A DNA stretch of 64,000 nt from Clostridia bacterium. GTDB lineage: Bacteria > Bacillota > Clostridia > Peptostreptococcales > JAAYPU01. Both the position numbers and the translations under genes were made by a program. Shown here piece by piece: positions 10,205-20,449 of this stretch (within the stretch, counting starts at the first letter, position 1; the number at the start of each line of letters is the position of its first letter). The DNA lies in NCBI GenBank assembly GCA_016278615.1, contig JADQBM010000037.1, forward strand, positions 12,939 to 76,938. The letters are read 5' to 3'. The notes beneath the pieces are model-generated. The model saw nothing but the letters and a program-made list of their open reading frames with translations. It did not search any database and had not been told where the DNA came from.

Positions 10205-10860
10205 GGTTTCTCGCCTCCTACAATTACATCTACAAATATTCCAGGTGTCATGACATTATTAGGGTCTATTTCTCCAACTTCTACAATCTTTTCTGTCGCA
10301 ACTATAACTGTATCTGCCGCCATTGCCATTAATGGGTTAAAGTTCCTTGTGGATTCGTTGTACCAGACATTCCCTTTTTTATCTGTAACCGATCCCCTAA
10401 TCAATGCAAAATCTGCTTTCAATGGCATTTCTAATAGATACTCTTTTCCTTCTATTGTTATGACTTGTTTGCCCTCGGCTACAATGGTCCCAACTCCTGT
10501 AGGGGTTAAAACGCCACCTAACCCAGTCCCTCCTGCTCTTATCCTTTCAGCAAGTGTTCCTTGTGGCACTAAAATAACTTCCAATTCTCCACGATCCATT
10601 TGTTGTCCTACCTCAGGATTTAAGCCGACATGGGAAGCAATTAAAGTTTTGACCTGTTTATTGGCAATGAGTTTTGCAACGCCTCTTTTAGGATAAGCCC
10701 CATCGTTACAGATGATAACCAAATCCTTTATTCCCTTTAAAACCAGAGCATCCATTAAAATTTCAGGCGTACCTGTTCCCATGAAGCCTCCCACCATAAT
10801 GACAGATCCATCTTTGATAGGAGCTATGGCTTCTTCAAGGGTCTTTATCTTTTTCTGCAT
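10192..10860 (-). CDS. atoD: Butyrate/acetate:acetoacetate CoA-transferase alpha subunit
   Basis: [30 protein letters not shown]. Confidence 0.93.
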   Translation of the reverse strand: MQKKIKTLEEAIAPIKDGSVIMVGGFMGTGTPEILMDALVLKGIKDLVIICNDGAYPKRGVAKLIANKQVKTLIASHVGLNPEVGQQMDRGELEVILVPQGTLAERIRAGGTGLGGVLTPTGVGTIVAEGKQVITIEGKEYLLEMPLKADFALIRGSVTDKKGNVWYNESTRNFNPLMAMAADTVIVATEKIVEVGEIDPNNVMTPGIFVDVIVGGEKPWQM

Positions 10861-10955
10861 ACTTTGCTCCCCCCTTTATATTTATAATACTTTAATAATT
10901 GGAAAAACCGTTCAAATAAATTTAATTTCTTTTTTGACATATTATTATACGACAT

Positions 10956-11795
10956 TTATTCGCATTCTCTTTTTCTTAGACTTAGAATTCTTCTTGCTTC
11001 TTCAGGTGTTGCAATATCTCTTTTTAGAATATTAGCTAATTTGACAACTTTCTCCACTAAGGCCCCATTACTTCTGGCTAGTACGCCTTTTTCTAAATAG
11101 AGATTATCCTCAAACCCTACTCTTACATGCCCACCCATCACAATAGCATTTGCAGCCAAATCAAATGCGCCTCTACCTATTCCAGTTGCACACCATGTAG
11201 CATCTTTTGGTAAAGATTCAACCATATAAACAAGATCCCTTGTTGTAGCAGTCATTGCACCGTTTACTCCAAGTACGATATTAAAATGCAAAGGCCCATC
11301 AATAAGACCCTTTTTATATAGTCTGAGTGCATTATCAATCATTCCTTTTTCAAAGCATTCCAGTTCTGGTTTAACCCCCAGTGTTTTCATTTTTTGTGCA
11401 AATGTATGATTCATGGTTTCTGTATTAACAAATATTAAATCGCCTCCGAAATTACATGTGCCACAGTCGAGTGTTGCAATTTCTGGTTTCAGATCAACCG
11501 GTTGTAGCCTCTCCTCTGCCGTCATACCAACAGCACCACCCGTGCTTGGTAAGATGATGACATCTGGACATGCTTTCCTAATAGCATCAATAGCTTCTTT
11601 AAATCTGCCCTTATCTTGGGTAGGGGTACCATCATCCCATCTGACATGCAGGTGTATAACAGCCGCTCCTGCATCATAAGCAGACTTTGCTTCTTTTATG
11701 ATTTCTTCAATTGTATATGGCACCGCTGGGTTCATTTCCTTTGTGACTTCTGCACCACAAATAGCAGTAGTTATAATTAACTTTTCCATCTTCAT
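10956..11795 (-). CDS. kce: 3-keto-5-aminohexanoate cleavage enzyme, copy 1
   Basis: LIITTAICGAE, IHLHVR, STGGAVG, RVGFEDN (BKACE family); adjacent to kal. Confidence 0.92.
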   Translation of the reverse strand: MKMEKLIITTAICGAEVTKEMNPAVPYTIEEIIKEAKSAYDAGAAVIHLHVRWDDGTPTQDKGRFKEAIDAIRKACPDVIILPSTGGAVGMTAEERLQPVDLKPEIATLDCGTCNFGGDLIFVNTETMNHTFAQKMKTLGVKPELECFEKGMIDNALRLYKKGLIDGPLHFNIVLGVNGAMTATTRDLVYMVESLPKDATWCATGIGRGAFDLAANAIVMGGHVRVGFEDNLYLEKGVLARSNGALVEKVVKLANILKRDIATPEEARRILSLRKRECE

Positions 11796-11834
11796 GCCCT
11801 TTCTTTCTCTTAGTCTAAAACGATTAGAAATTTA

Positions 11835-12227
11835 TTATTTTTTCCTTTGCTTATGTTCAGGAGTAACGCATGTTCCTTCTGCAATACATACAACGATTGG
11901 TTCCTCTAGAACATCACAAGCAGATTCACTTATATCTGTTCTTGGAACAATTATCTTTCTTGCTTCAAACTTAATTTTTCTAGATGTTCTTCCTGTTTCA
12001 ATAATTTCTCCGTAAGCTTCTATATAATCTCCCGCAAATACTGGCGCCTTAAATTCAATCATATTATAAGCTTTAAAAAGTCCTTCATCGCCATCCATTC
12101 TTATTAATAACTCTGTGGCTACGTCACCAAATAGCTGAAGCATCCTTGCCCCATCCACAAGACCTCCTCCATAATGTGCATCATGTGCTGACATTCTTAA
12201 TTTAATTAATGAAACTGCTTTTTTCAT
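11835..12227 (-). CDS. kal: 3-aminobutyryl-CoA ammonia-lyase
   Basis: [32 protein letters not shown] hotdog-fold motifs; start at ATG 12227 after GGGAGGA. Confidence 0.93.
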   Translation of the reverse strand: MKKAVSLIKLRMSAHDAHYGGGLVDGARMLQLFGDVATELLIRMDGDEGLFKAYNMIEFKAPVFAGDYIEAYGEIIETGRTSRKIKFEARKIIVPRTDISESACDVLEEPIVVCIAEGTCVTPEHKQRKK

Positions 12228-12340
12228 CTTTTCAATCCTCCCAATATAGCAATAGCACTTGTAATATATTTTGAAATCACATTTAGGATAATTAGATTCC
12301 TTCACCTTCTGTGCATAATATGTATCACATAATAATCATC

Positions 12341-13645
12341 TTAATCTATGAACATCAATGATAATGCTGGTATATAGGTAATTATCATTAATGCAAATAT
12401 TGACACTATGAAGAATGGTATAATGTATCTCATCATGCTTTCCATTTTTACTTTACCAACAGCCGAACCAACGAATAGATTGCATCCGTAAGGAGGTGTA
12501 CATAGTCCTATTGCAAGGTTAACAGTAATAATAATACCGAAGTGTACGGGATCAACACCATAACCAACAACTGCTGGAAGGAGTATTGGCGACATGACAA
12601 TAATAGCAGGAACCGTATCTAGGAAACAGCCAATTACAAGAAGTACCAAATTAATAAGTAAAAGCATCACATATTTATTGTCTGTACAGTTCATTAGCAT
12701 CTCATAGACCATCCTTGGTATTCCCGCGTGAGACAAATAAGTGGAAAATACTGTAGAATATCCTAAGAGAAATGATGTAATTCCATTTAATACAGCTGCA
12801 GCCAGAAACGTTTGATATAAACCTTTCAGTTTCATATCCTTATAGACAAATAAGCTTACGAAGATAGAATAAACTACAGAAATACATGCGGCTTCAGTAG
12901 GTGTGAATATACCGGAATAAATCCCTCCGAGTATAATAAATGGTGATAAAAGCGCCCAGAATCCATCCTTGAAGGATATTACAACCTCCTTTAGTCTGTT
13001 TAACACAAACTCCTTTAAAGGAACTTCCTTTGATACTTCCTGCTTATCCCCTATATTTAGTTTCTTACACATGAAGTAATTCATAAATAACAGAATGGTT
13101 CCAATAGTAATTCCGGGAACAATTCCTGCTAGGAATAAATCAGATATAGAAGTATTGGTCGTGGCCCCATATAGAACAAATCCTAAACTTGGAGGTATAA
13201 TTATGCCTATGATACCTGCAAAGCAAACCAGGGTAGTACAATAAGCAGCATTATAGCCCTTCTTCTTCATTTCAGGTATCATCATACTTCCAATTGCCGA
13301 TGTAGTAGCCATTCCTGAACCAGACAAAGCCCCGAAAAACATACATGCAAGTACGGATACAGCGCCAAGTCCACCCGTAACAAATCCGATTAACTTGTCA
13401 CAGAAATTAACTATCCTGGCTGCGATACCACCAGTAGACATGATAACGCCTGCCAACATAAAAAACGGTATTGCAAGTACTGTAAAGGAGTCAATTCCTG
13501 CGTAACAATATTGTGCAGTAATTACCATATCTATATTAGTAAAATAGTACAAAATAAGCATCGTAGCGCCACCGATGGCAAAACCTACTGGAACCCCTAA
13601 TAGTATAAATGAAAACAGGACAAAGAATAAAACTAATACTTGCAT
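12341..13645 (-). CDS. dctM: TRAP transporter large permease
   Basis: LAIPFFMLAG, IIIPPS, FTPTEAA, TPPYG motifs. Confidence 0.93.
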   Translation of the reverse strand: MQVLVLFFVLFSFILLGVPVGFAIGGATMLILYYFTNIDMVITAQYCYAGIDSFTVLAIPFFMLAGVIMSTGGIAARIVNFCDKLIGFVTGGLGAVSVLACMFFGALSGSGMATTSAIGSMMIPEMKKKGYNAAYCTTLVCFAGIIGIIIPPSLGFVLYGATTNTSISDLFLAGIVPGITIGTILLFMNYFMCKKLNIGDKQEVSKEVPLKEFVLNRLKEVVISFKDGFWALLSPFIILGGIYSGIFTPTEAACISVVYSIFVSLFVYKDMKLKGLYQTFLAAAVLNGITSFLLGYSTVFSTYLSHAGIPRMVYEMLMNCTDNKYVMLLLINLVLLVIGCFLDTVPAIIVMSPILLPAVVGYGVDPVHFGIIITVNLAIGLCTPPYGCNLFVGSAVGKVKMESMMRYIIPFFIVSIFALMIITYIPALSLMFID

Positions 13646-14148
13646 TACATATCCCTCCCTTCTTCAGGCTCACCTGCTTTAAAGTTTTTAATTGATTCCC
13701 AGATATAGCCTAACGATCTTAATGCCATGAGCGAGCATCCGATAGGGATTGCAATATAGCCCCAAGCAAGGCTTATTTGAAGACAAATAAATTTAGAACC
13801 TGCCCAGAATATACTCATATAGATACCGTAATAAATCGTAACAGCACAGATTCCAATAACAATAATTGAGGAAATAATATTTATAACTTGTGCCTTTTTA
13901 TAAGAAAATTTGTCTACGAGCATGGTTATCTTTATATGCTCTCCCCTCTTGGCACCAAGACTAATACCTATCCAAGTAAGCCATTCAAAGAGGAAACGTC
14001 CAAGCTCTTCTGACCAATATAAAGAATTATTAAAAACATACCTCATGATAACCTGAAGAAAAATATCTGCTACCAAAACTGCGAATATCGTTACCAAGAA
14101 TATTTCCTCAAAGTGATTATAAAAGTTTAGCAAGCGATTTTCTTTCAT
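13645..14148 (-). CDS. dctQ: TRAP transporter small permease
   Basis: QVIMRYVFN..LYWSEEL.R and HI motifs; 4 TM. Confidence 0.9.
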   Translation of the reverse strand: MKENRLLNFYNHFEEIFLVTIFAVLVADIFLQVIMRYVFNNSLYWSEELGRFLFEWLTWIGISLGAKRGEHIKITMLVDKFSYKKAQVINIISSIIVIGICAVTIYYGIYMSIFWAGSKFICLQISLAWGYIAIPIGCSLMALRSLGYIWESIKNFKAGEPEEGRDM

Positions 14149-14230
14149 CACTATCTCCAATTCTGATTTTATATCTAAAACATACGAATAATTGCCTTAA
14201 TAATACCATTATTTAGAAATATAAGAATAC

Positions 14231-14261
14231 ATCTGGGTCGAACTAAAGGTCCAACCCAGAT
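14231..14261 (-). promoter_or_regulatory. Intercistronic hairpin after dctP (stabilizer or partial terminator)
   Basis: ATCTGGGT...ACCCAGAT inverted repeat, no long U tract. Confidence 0.5.
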
Positions 14262-14316
14262 AGAATATTACAGATTGTTTTATTAATACATGACAAATGT
14301 TATTCAATACTTACAC

Positions 14317-15357
14317 TTATTTTCCTGCAGTCGCTAAGAAAGCATCAAATATTTCTGCACCTGTTCTTTCTCTTTGCATTTCATATACGCTTTCACATTC
14401 CATGTACAAAGCATCTTTTTCTTCTTTTGTTAATTCATAGACAGTTGCGCCAGCATCTAAGAAATTCTGAACATATACCTCTTCCAATGCTCTTTCATCT
14501 GCTCTTTGCATTTCACAAGTTTGCTTAATACCTTCTAAGAAAATGGGTTTGATATCTTCAGGCAGTGAGTCCATGAATTTTGTTGATGTCATAACAGTAT
14601 AAGGTGAACTTTGATGCTCTGTTAGTGTTACATATTGGGCATTTTCATAAAATTTGAAATCATTGAAGACACCTAATGAATGATCAAGTCCATCAATTGT
14701 GCCTTGTACAAGTGAAGTATAAACCTCGCCCCATGCCATAGGCGTTGGATTAGCACCAAGAGCCTTCCATATAGCAAGATTCATATCTGTTGGAGTAATA
14801 CGAAGCTTGTATCCTTTTAAGTCATCTGTATTATGATATACTTTTTCTGTGCTGATCAAAGACTTCATCCCATTGTACATGAAATCAAGGCAGTAATATC
14901 CGGAGTCTTCTAAAAGCTCGTTATAAAGATCAAGGCCACCTTTTTCAAAGCTACCAGTTACCCAATCATCATATGAATCATAGAGAAACGGTAGATCTAC
15001 AACGTCCAGCCTGTTACCAATGATAGATCCAGGCACGCCTGAAAGCCCAAAATAAATTTCAACTGTTCCAAGTAAAAGTCCCTTACACGCTTCTGGATCA
15101 TCCCCAAGTTGACCATCAGGGTAAACTTCAACTACAACTCTTCCGTCTGTCTGTTCTGCCATGTACTCTTTGAACCATTGGCAAGCAACATTTGTTGATC
15201 TACTACTTGTGTCTGTATTGCTGATTTTAATAACAATTGGCTCTTGGTTCTCAGAATCTGTGTTAGCGTCTTCGCCTCTTCCACTTGCACACCCCACTAC
15301 TGTTACTAAAAGTAGGGCAACAACCAGGATAATGGCCATTACTTTCTTGATTTTCAT
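14317..15357 (-). CDS. dctP: TRAP substrate-binding lipoprotein
   Basis: Lipobox VVGC; VYPDGQLG, DLKGYKLR, LGANPTPMAWGEVYTSLVQGTIDG. Confidence 0.92.
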   Translation of the reverse strand: MKIKKVMAIILVVALLLVTVVGCASGRGEDANTDSENQEPIVIKISNTDTSSRSTNVACQWFKEYMAEQTDGRVVVEVYPDGQLGDDPEACKGLLLGTVEIYFGLSGVPGSIIGNRLDVVDLPFLYDSYDDWVTGSFEKGGLDLYNELLEDSGYYCLDFMYNGMKSLISTEKVYHNTDDLKGYKLRITPTDMNLAIWKALGANPTPMAWGEVYTSLVQGTIDGLDHSLGVFNDFKFYENAQYVTLTEHQSSPYTVMTSTKFMDSLPEDIKPIFLEGIKQTCEMQRADERALEEVYVQNFLDAGATVYELTKEEKDALYMECESVYEMQRERTGAEIFDAFLATAGK

Positions 15358-15452
15358 ACTTTCTCCTCCTTTAAACTTTTAAATGTCAATAGCCTTTAAT
15401 ATCAGGCTTTTATATAAACATTCAGGGAGTGACCTTCACACCTTGATGTCTA

Positions 15453-16493
15453 CTACGGTTTACAATATCGGTTTATAAAATATTCTCTCAGCTTTTGATT
15501 ATTTCTAATAATATCAAAAGTAATCTCTGCATGACCCGGATAGTAGCCATTTCCAATAATCATCGAAACGTATTTTTTTATTCCCTCAGCTCCTAATGAA
15601 GCTTTCACAAAATCTGTGCTCATACTAAAAAAATAAATCTTTCCAATATCCTTAGTTACCAGGATAGTTGAGAGTTCAGTATCGGGAACATTAACGGTAC
15701 TTACAGTAAAATCTGCCAGACGTCCGTCCATTGCCTCCATATATCTGTTATAAGTATCTATAGGTTCCTGCCCATTCACCTGCAACACGACATCTGCAAT
15801 TTCCAGCTCCCTTACAATGTCACACTGCACTTTAGAATGTTCTAGACAAACAACTTTTCCATTTGGTGCTACTCGTTTCTTTGCTTCTGCCAGACAAAGT
15901 AGCCCAGCCTTACCAGCACCTATTATGACAACCACATCCCCAGGCTTTGCATTCATAGCCACCTGCGCAGGAGCGCCAGCTACATCCATAATGGCCAAAC
16001 TTAAGTTTTGACCTAAATCTTCAGGAATTTTTGTATAGATTCCGCTTTCAAACAAAATAGCATTTGCTTTGCAAAACACCTGCTCAGTATCCACATCAAT
16101 ATGATGAATTTCAGAAATTCTCAATGGCGTAAGGGATAATGAAACCAATGTTGCAATCTTATCTCCTGGCTGGATATCTATCTTGCCTTTTAAATCTTCA
16201 CCAATTTCTTTTACGATGCCAATAAGCATACCTCCCGACTTTGTTACCGGGTCCTGGAATTTGCCTCTTTCTTCAACAATTTCTAATATGGCTTGTTTGA
16301 TTTTGTCTATGTTTCTACCGCATTCATTCTTAATCCGCCCAAACGCAGTAGAGGTAGGTTGAAGTGCAATAACATCAATTAGTATTTCATTTGAAAAAAT
16401 TTTAGGATCATTGTTAATCTTTTCTGCAGCCTGTGGTAGTAAACCTTTAGGTGTAATGACACGATGGCTGCCGTACTGATTACCTTTCATCAC
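15453..16493 (-). CDS. kdd: L-erythro-3,5-diaminohexanoate dehydrogenase-like enzyme (divergent)
   Basis: YGSHRVI.P.G.LPQ, SGGMLIG, ATLVSLSLTPL, DVAGAPAQV, YFFSM, LGAEG, IGNGY. Confidence 0.88.
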   Translation of the reverse strand: MMKGNQYGSHRVITPKGLLPQAAEKINNDPKIFSNEILIDVIALQPTSTAFGRIKNECGRNIDKIKQAILEIVEERGKFQDPVTKSGGMLIGIVKEIGEDLKGKIDIQPGDKIATLVSLSLTPLRISEIHHIDVDTEQVFCKANAILFESGIYTKIPEDLGQNLSLAIMDVAGAPAQVAMNAKPGDVVVIIGAGKAGLLCLAEAKKRVAPNGKVVCLEHSKVQCDIVRELEIADVVLQVNGQEPIDTYNRYMEAMDGRLADFTVSTVNVPDTELSTILVTKDIGKIYFFSMSTDFVKASLGAEGIKKYVSMIIGNGYYPGHAEITFDIIRNNQKLREYFINRYCKP

Positions 16494-16531
16494 TGTCCTC
16501 CTTTATAGGAATTTCTACTATAAACAAATGG

Positions 16532-16548
16532 AGCAAGTAATGTGCCAA
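16532..16548 (-). promoter_or_regulatory. Sigma54 (-24/-12) promoter of the kdd-TRAP-kal-kce operon
   Basis: Minus strand TTGGCACATTACTTGCT matches TGGCAC-N5-TTGC, about 40 nt upstream of kdd. Confidence 0.92.
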
Positions 16549-16786
16549 GCAGCTGTTTTATTTTGTTCTACAACACTCTTATTATATTTAATCTCATTTC
16601 TTTTCTTAGTTTTGATTGCATATTGTACACTTCCCTTTCTCTTCTTTGTTATATTGCAACAAAAAACGAAAATTCTTTTTATTATAAGAATTTTCGTTAC
16701 ATATTTTAATACTTTAGCTCTGCGGTCCAAGATTTCTATTTTTTCGAATTGTATCATGTCTATATTAAATAATTATTACTATTTTT

Positions 16787-16822
16787 TGTATCGATTTTGA
16801 CTCATGACGCAATAACGACTCA
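16787..16822. promoter_or_regulatory. Two tandem candidate enhancer (UAS) boxes
   Basis: TGTATC-N6-GACTCA (16787-16804) and TGACGC-N6-GACTCA (16805-16822), imperfect versions of TGAGTC-N6-GACTCA. Confidence 0.65.
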
Positions 16823-16957
16823 TGCCCGATTATTTAAGCAATAATCTAACTTCTTAGAACTACTGGTTTCAATCCTTTATAGATCAAATACCATTATCTG
16901 ATCCCTCATAAAACACATTCTCTGTTTTTTGCATTTCTACTTTTATTACCAATAACC

Positions 16958-16975
16958 TGAAGCATTATCGACTCA
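16958..16975. promoter_or_regulatory. Third candidate enhancer box
   Basis: TGAAGC-ATTATC-GACTCA, same spacing as the other two. Confidence 0.6.
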
Positions 16976-16976
16976 A

Positions 16977-19049
16977 TTATAAACCAAACTTATTCAACCT
17001 TCTGGCTATGCTAGATTGCGTCATCCCCAAGGCACTTGCCATTTTTCTTGTTGTTTTATACTTTCTTTTGTATTGTATTAGAACCTCTTTTTCTATTCTC
17101 TGCATTGCATCTGTTAAACTTTCACCTTCAACAATACTTATTTCTTTTTGCTGCAATCCTAATTCTTTTTGATTGGAATGAAAACAACTTCTCAATGCCC
17201 TTACATCTTCAATCTTAACAATATTGTTATCGGTTGAAATCAGCAATCCCTGAATAAAATTTTGTAATTCTCTGATGTTTCCCATCCATTCATACTCTTT
17301 TAGATGTTCTACGGCCATAGGTTCTATGGTTTTAGATATATTAAATTTATGATTATATTCATCAATAAAAACTTTAATCAACAAACCTATATCTTCATAC
17401 CTTTCACTCAAAGCAGGTATAAAGATTGGAAAAACATTCAGCCGGTAATACAAATCTTCTCTAAAATCACCACATTTGACCATTTTTGCTAAATCTTTAT
17501 TTGTTGCTGCAATGATTCGAACATCGGTTTTAATGGGTGTTATCCCCCCAATTCTATATATTTCATTTTCCTGCAATACCCGTAATAGTTTTGATTGCAA
17601 TAATATTGGCAACTCACTTATTTCATCAAGAAACAGAATGCCCTTTTGTGCAATTTCCCAAATTCCTTTTTTCCCTTTAGGATCCGCTCCTGTAAAGGCA
17701 CCTTTTTCATAGCCAAATAACTCTGACTCCAATAAATGATCTGGTATCGATGCACAATTGATTTTAACAAATGGAGAATTATTTCTTTTACTATTATTGT
17801 ATATTATTTGTGCAATAATTTCTTTTCCAGTACCTGATTCTCCGTATATCATAACTGTACATTCATATTTTGCCACCTTAAGAGCATTTTGTAGCACTTT
17901 TCTCATGGCCGCACTTTCAAAAACAAGATTTATCCCATTATGCTTTTTTGTATAATCTAAAAAGTGTTCAATTGATTTTTTATCGCTATTTTTATAGTTA
18001 TTTAAAAATACGCCCCGATTATCAAGGCCTTCTTGTAATAACTCCCGCAATTTATCATATTTTCGTAATAATTGTAGAGTTAATTCAGCATGTCCTTCTA
18101 CATACCCTTTATAAGGAATAATGGTGATATCTTTACCTATTGATTCTGCTGAAAGACCAGCTACATTGCTGTCGCTCCTTAAGCTTGCGAAAAAGACTGT
18201 CCCCTTATTTTTTACTAAAAATAGGGGTGTTATTTCTGCATATGCTTCTTCGGAACAATTAATTACAATATCAAATAAATTATTTTCTTCGAAATACCTA
18301 TTATAAAAATCTAACGTGTTCCTGATATCGTAGCACAATATTTCATCAAATACATCGCTTTCCTCTGCCTTTTCTCTTCCTTCTTCAGAATTAATTACAC
18401 CTACGATTTTACCCTTTTTTCCCATCTTTTCTCTGGCTGCAAAACCACACAGTAATCCCAACTTGGTCCATGCACCTAAAATAATCACTTTATCTTCAGG
18501 TTCTACTATCCGAGTGGTTTCTGCTGGGGCTCCAGCTTCATCCCAAGCACTTATTAGCACTTTCAAAGGTAAATCATCTGGTTTTTGTGAAATAAGCGAG
18601 GACTCAAACATAATAGCTTGTCCTTTAATAGAAATTTGGGCGAACCCAATATCTATTCCTATAATTCTTTCAATCTTCAACGGGGTGGTTGAAAGGGAAA
18701 CCAAGGATATAATTTCATCTCCAATTTGCAACCCATGCTTATTGGTGTATGCTTTCCCCATTTCTTTTACTCTACCATAAAGCATCCCCCCGGTTCCTGT
18801 TATGGGATTATGTAATTTTCCTCTGCTATTTACAATCTCAAGGATCCTATCTGCTATTTTTTTCTTTTCTCCATTGGTCTCCTCAAGTATCTGTGCAAAA
18901 CTTACAAAATTAATGTTTAGTATTTCAACGTCAACTAATAATTCATTTTCATTAATTTCCATGGTATTATCTAACTTCCATGCTGTTTGCAGAAAAGAAT
19001 TTTTGGGTTCCAATACTCTATTAAATCCATACTTGTCAAATCTCTTCAA
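16977..19049 (-). CDS. Sigma54-dependent activator with N-terminal Kdd-like domain
   Basis: About aa 1-340 parallel Kdd (GKLHNPITGTGGML, LVSLSTTPL, DEAGAP, LSAE.IGKD); then GESGTGKE, GAFTGA, LFLDEI, FREDLYYRL and a C-terminal HTH. Confidence 0.92.
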   Translation of the reverse strand: MKRFDKYGFNRVLEPKNSFLQTAWKLDNTMEINENELLVDVEILNINFVSFAQILEETNGEKKKIADRILEIVNSRGKLHNPITGTGGMLYGRVKEMGKAYTNKHGLQIGDEIISLVSLSTTPLKIERIIGIDIGFAQISIKGQAIMFESSLISQKPDDLPLKVLISAWDEAGAPAETTRIVEPEDKVIILGAWTKLGLLCGFAAREKMGKKGKIVGVINSEEGREKAEESDVFDEILCYDIRNTLDFYNRYFEENNLFDIVINCSEEAYAEITPLFLVKNKGTVFFASLRSDSNVAGLSAESIGKDITIIPYKGYVEGHAELTLQLLRKYDKLRELLQEGLDNRGVFLNNYKNSDKKSIEHFLDYTKKHNGINLVFESAAMRKVLQNALKVAKYECTVMIYGESGTGKEIIAQIIYNNSKRNNSPFVKINCASIPDHLLESELFGYEKGAFTGADPKGKKGIWEIAQKGILFLDEISELPILLQSKLLRVLQENEIYRIGGITPIKTDVRIIAATNKDLAKMVKCGDFREDLYYRLNVFPIFIPALSERYEDIGLLIKVFIDEYNHKFNISKTIEPMAVEHLKEYEWMGNIRELQNFIQGLLISTDNNIVKIEDVRALRSCFHSNQKELGLQQKEISIVEGESLTDAMQRIEKEVLIQYKRKYKTTRKMASALGMTQSSIARRLNKFGL

Positions 19050-19061
19050 AGTAAAGTCCTC

Positions 19062-20435
19062 CTAATCCAGCAATCCTGGCGCCACTTCCCCAATAACCGG
19101 TTTCATTTCAATCAAAGATTCCTCTATGGCTATGACTGCAAAATCAATATCATTTTCAGTCATAGCAGTGGACATACAATACATGCCACGTTGGGCACAC
19201 AATACCCCTTTATCAAGTAAGCTTAAGAATAACAAGGAATTCAGGCCTTCGAATGATGTAGCAACGCCTCTATATTCTTCAATCTTTTTATTACTGAAAA
19301 TAATATTATAAATGGACCCAATGCCATAAAGTTGAATATTTAACCCGATTCTTTCAAACATCTTCGTAACATCATTTTTAAATTTTGTTCCCAATTTATT
19401 AACGTAATCAATTTTCTCTTGATTGTAGTCCTTCATGGCGGCTGCTCCAGCGGACATAGAAATCGCATTTCCATTAAAAGTGCCTGAATGATACATGATT
19501 TTATTGTTAGGATTAAAAATATCCATTATTTCCCTTTTGCCACCAAATCCTCCAATAGGGAGTCCTCCCCCTATTATTTTCCCAAATGAAGTTAAATCCG
19601 GTTCAATATTAAATTGTTTTTGTCCCCCACCATAGGAGAGCCTCGCGGTGACCACCTCATCAAAAATAAGGATAATTTTATAATGCTTTGTAATTTCCCT
19701 AACAAATTCTAAATATTCATTGGTTGCAACAATTTGACCGGCAGAGCTCATAATAGGTTCAATAATAAAAGCTGCAATTTGTTCATGATTTTTCTCTATA
19801 ACTTTTTTTGTTGCTTCAATATTATTAAAGGATACCACCAAAACATCCTTTAAAGAATTCTTTGAAACCCCTTTGCTATCTGCAATGGCCTTTATATTAT
19901 GGATGCTTCCTGATTTTTTTAGGTCTGGATCTACATTCGCATCAAAAACATCCGTGGTTCCATGATACCCACCTTCAACTTTTACTATTTTTTGTCTATT
20001 TGTATAAGCGCGTGCACCTCTGAGGGCGTGCATATTGGCTTCCGTTCCAGAATTAGCGAAGCGCACTAAGTCTACCGATTTAAACCTATTCACTAATATC
20101 TCAGCAAGTTCTATTTGCTGCTTTACCGGTGCCGTATAGGCACTTCCAACTTGAATCTGCTCACATACTGCTTTTGCAGTTGGTTTGTGTCCATGTCCGT
20201 GAATGAGAGAAGTATAGTTGTTATCAAAGTCTACGAGCTTATTATTGTCTGCATCAAATAAATAAGCACCTTCTCCTTTTACTATAAAGTGAGGGTAAGG
20301 TTTAAAAAAAGTAAATGTTCGGGTATCTCCACCTGGCATAACATGGCAGGCTCTCTCATGTAATTTTTTTGACTCCTTTCTCTTGCTTTCATATTTATCA
20401 GTAATCATTTTTATGTACTTGTCTTTTTCCTTCAT
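19062..20435 (-). CDS. Class III PLP aminotransferase, HemL-like; candidate 3-aminobutyryl-CoA aminotransferase (Kat-like)
   Basis: RFANSGTEA, GGYHG, IFDEV, FGKIIGGGLPIG (PLP lysine), HSGTFNGN; context next to kce. Confidence 0.8.
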   Translation of the reverse strand: MKEKDKYIKMITDKYESKRKESKKLHERACHVMPGGDTRTFTFFKPYPHFIVKGEGAYLFDADNNKLVDFDNNYTSLIHGHGHKPTAKAVCEQIQVGSAYTAPVKQQIELAEILVNRFKSVDLVRFANSGTEANMHALRGARAYTNRQKIVKVEGGYHGTTDVFDANVDPDLKKSGSIHNIKAIADSKGVSKNSLKDVLVVSFNNIEATKKVIEKNHEQIAAFIIEPIMSSAGQIVATNEYLEFVREITKHYKIILIFDEVVTARLSYGGGQKQFNIEPDLTSFGKIIGGGLPIGGFGGKREIMDIFNPNNKIMYHSGTFNGNAISMSAGAAAMKDYNQEKIDYVNKLGTKFKNDVTKMFERIGLNIQLYGIGSIYNIIFSNKKIEEYRGVATSFEGLNSLLFLSLLDKGVLCAQRGMYCMSTAMTENDIDFAVIAIEESLIEMKPVIGEVAPGLLD

Positions 20436-20449
20436 CCATATGCCCCCAT

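Noticed and set aside
11835-12305. Extended kal N-terminus given in the ORF track
   Set aside because: Kal similarity and the RBS point to ATG 12227
16518-16800. Short ORFs on both strands upstream of kdd
   Set aside because: Low-complexity AT-rich translations overlapping the sigma54 promoter and enhancer spacer
19062-20435. hemL (tetrapyrrole biosynthesis) call
   Set aside because: No hem genes nearby and the context is kce/kdd; left as a class III aminotransferase
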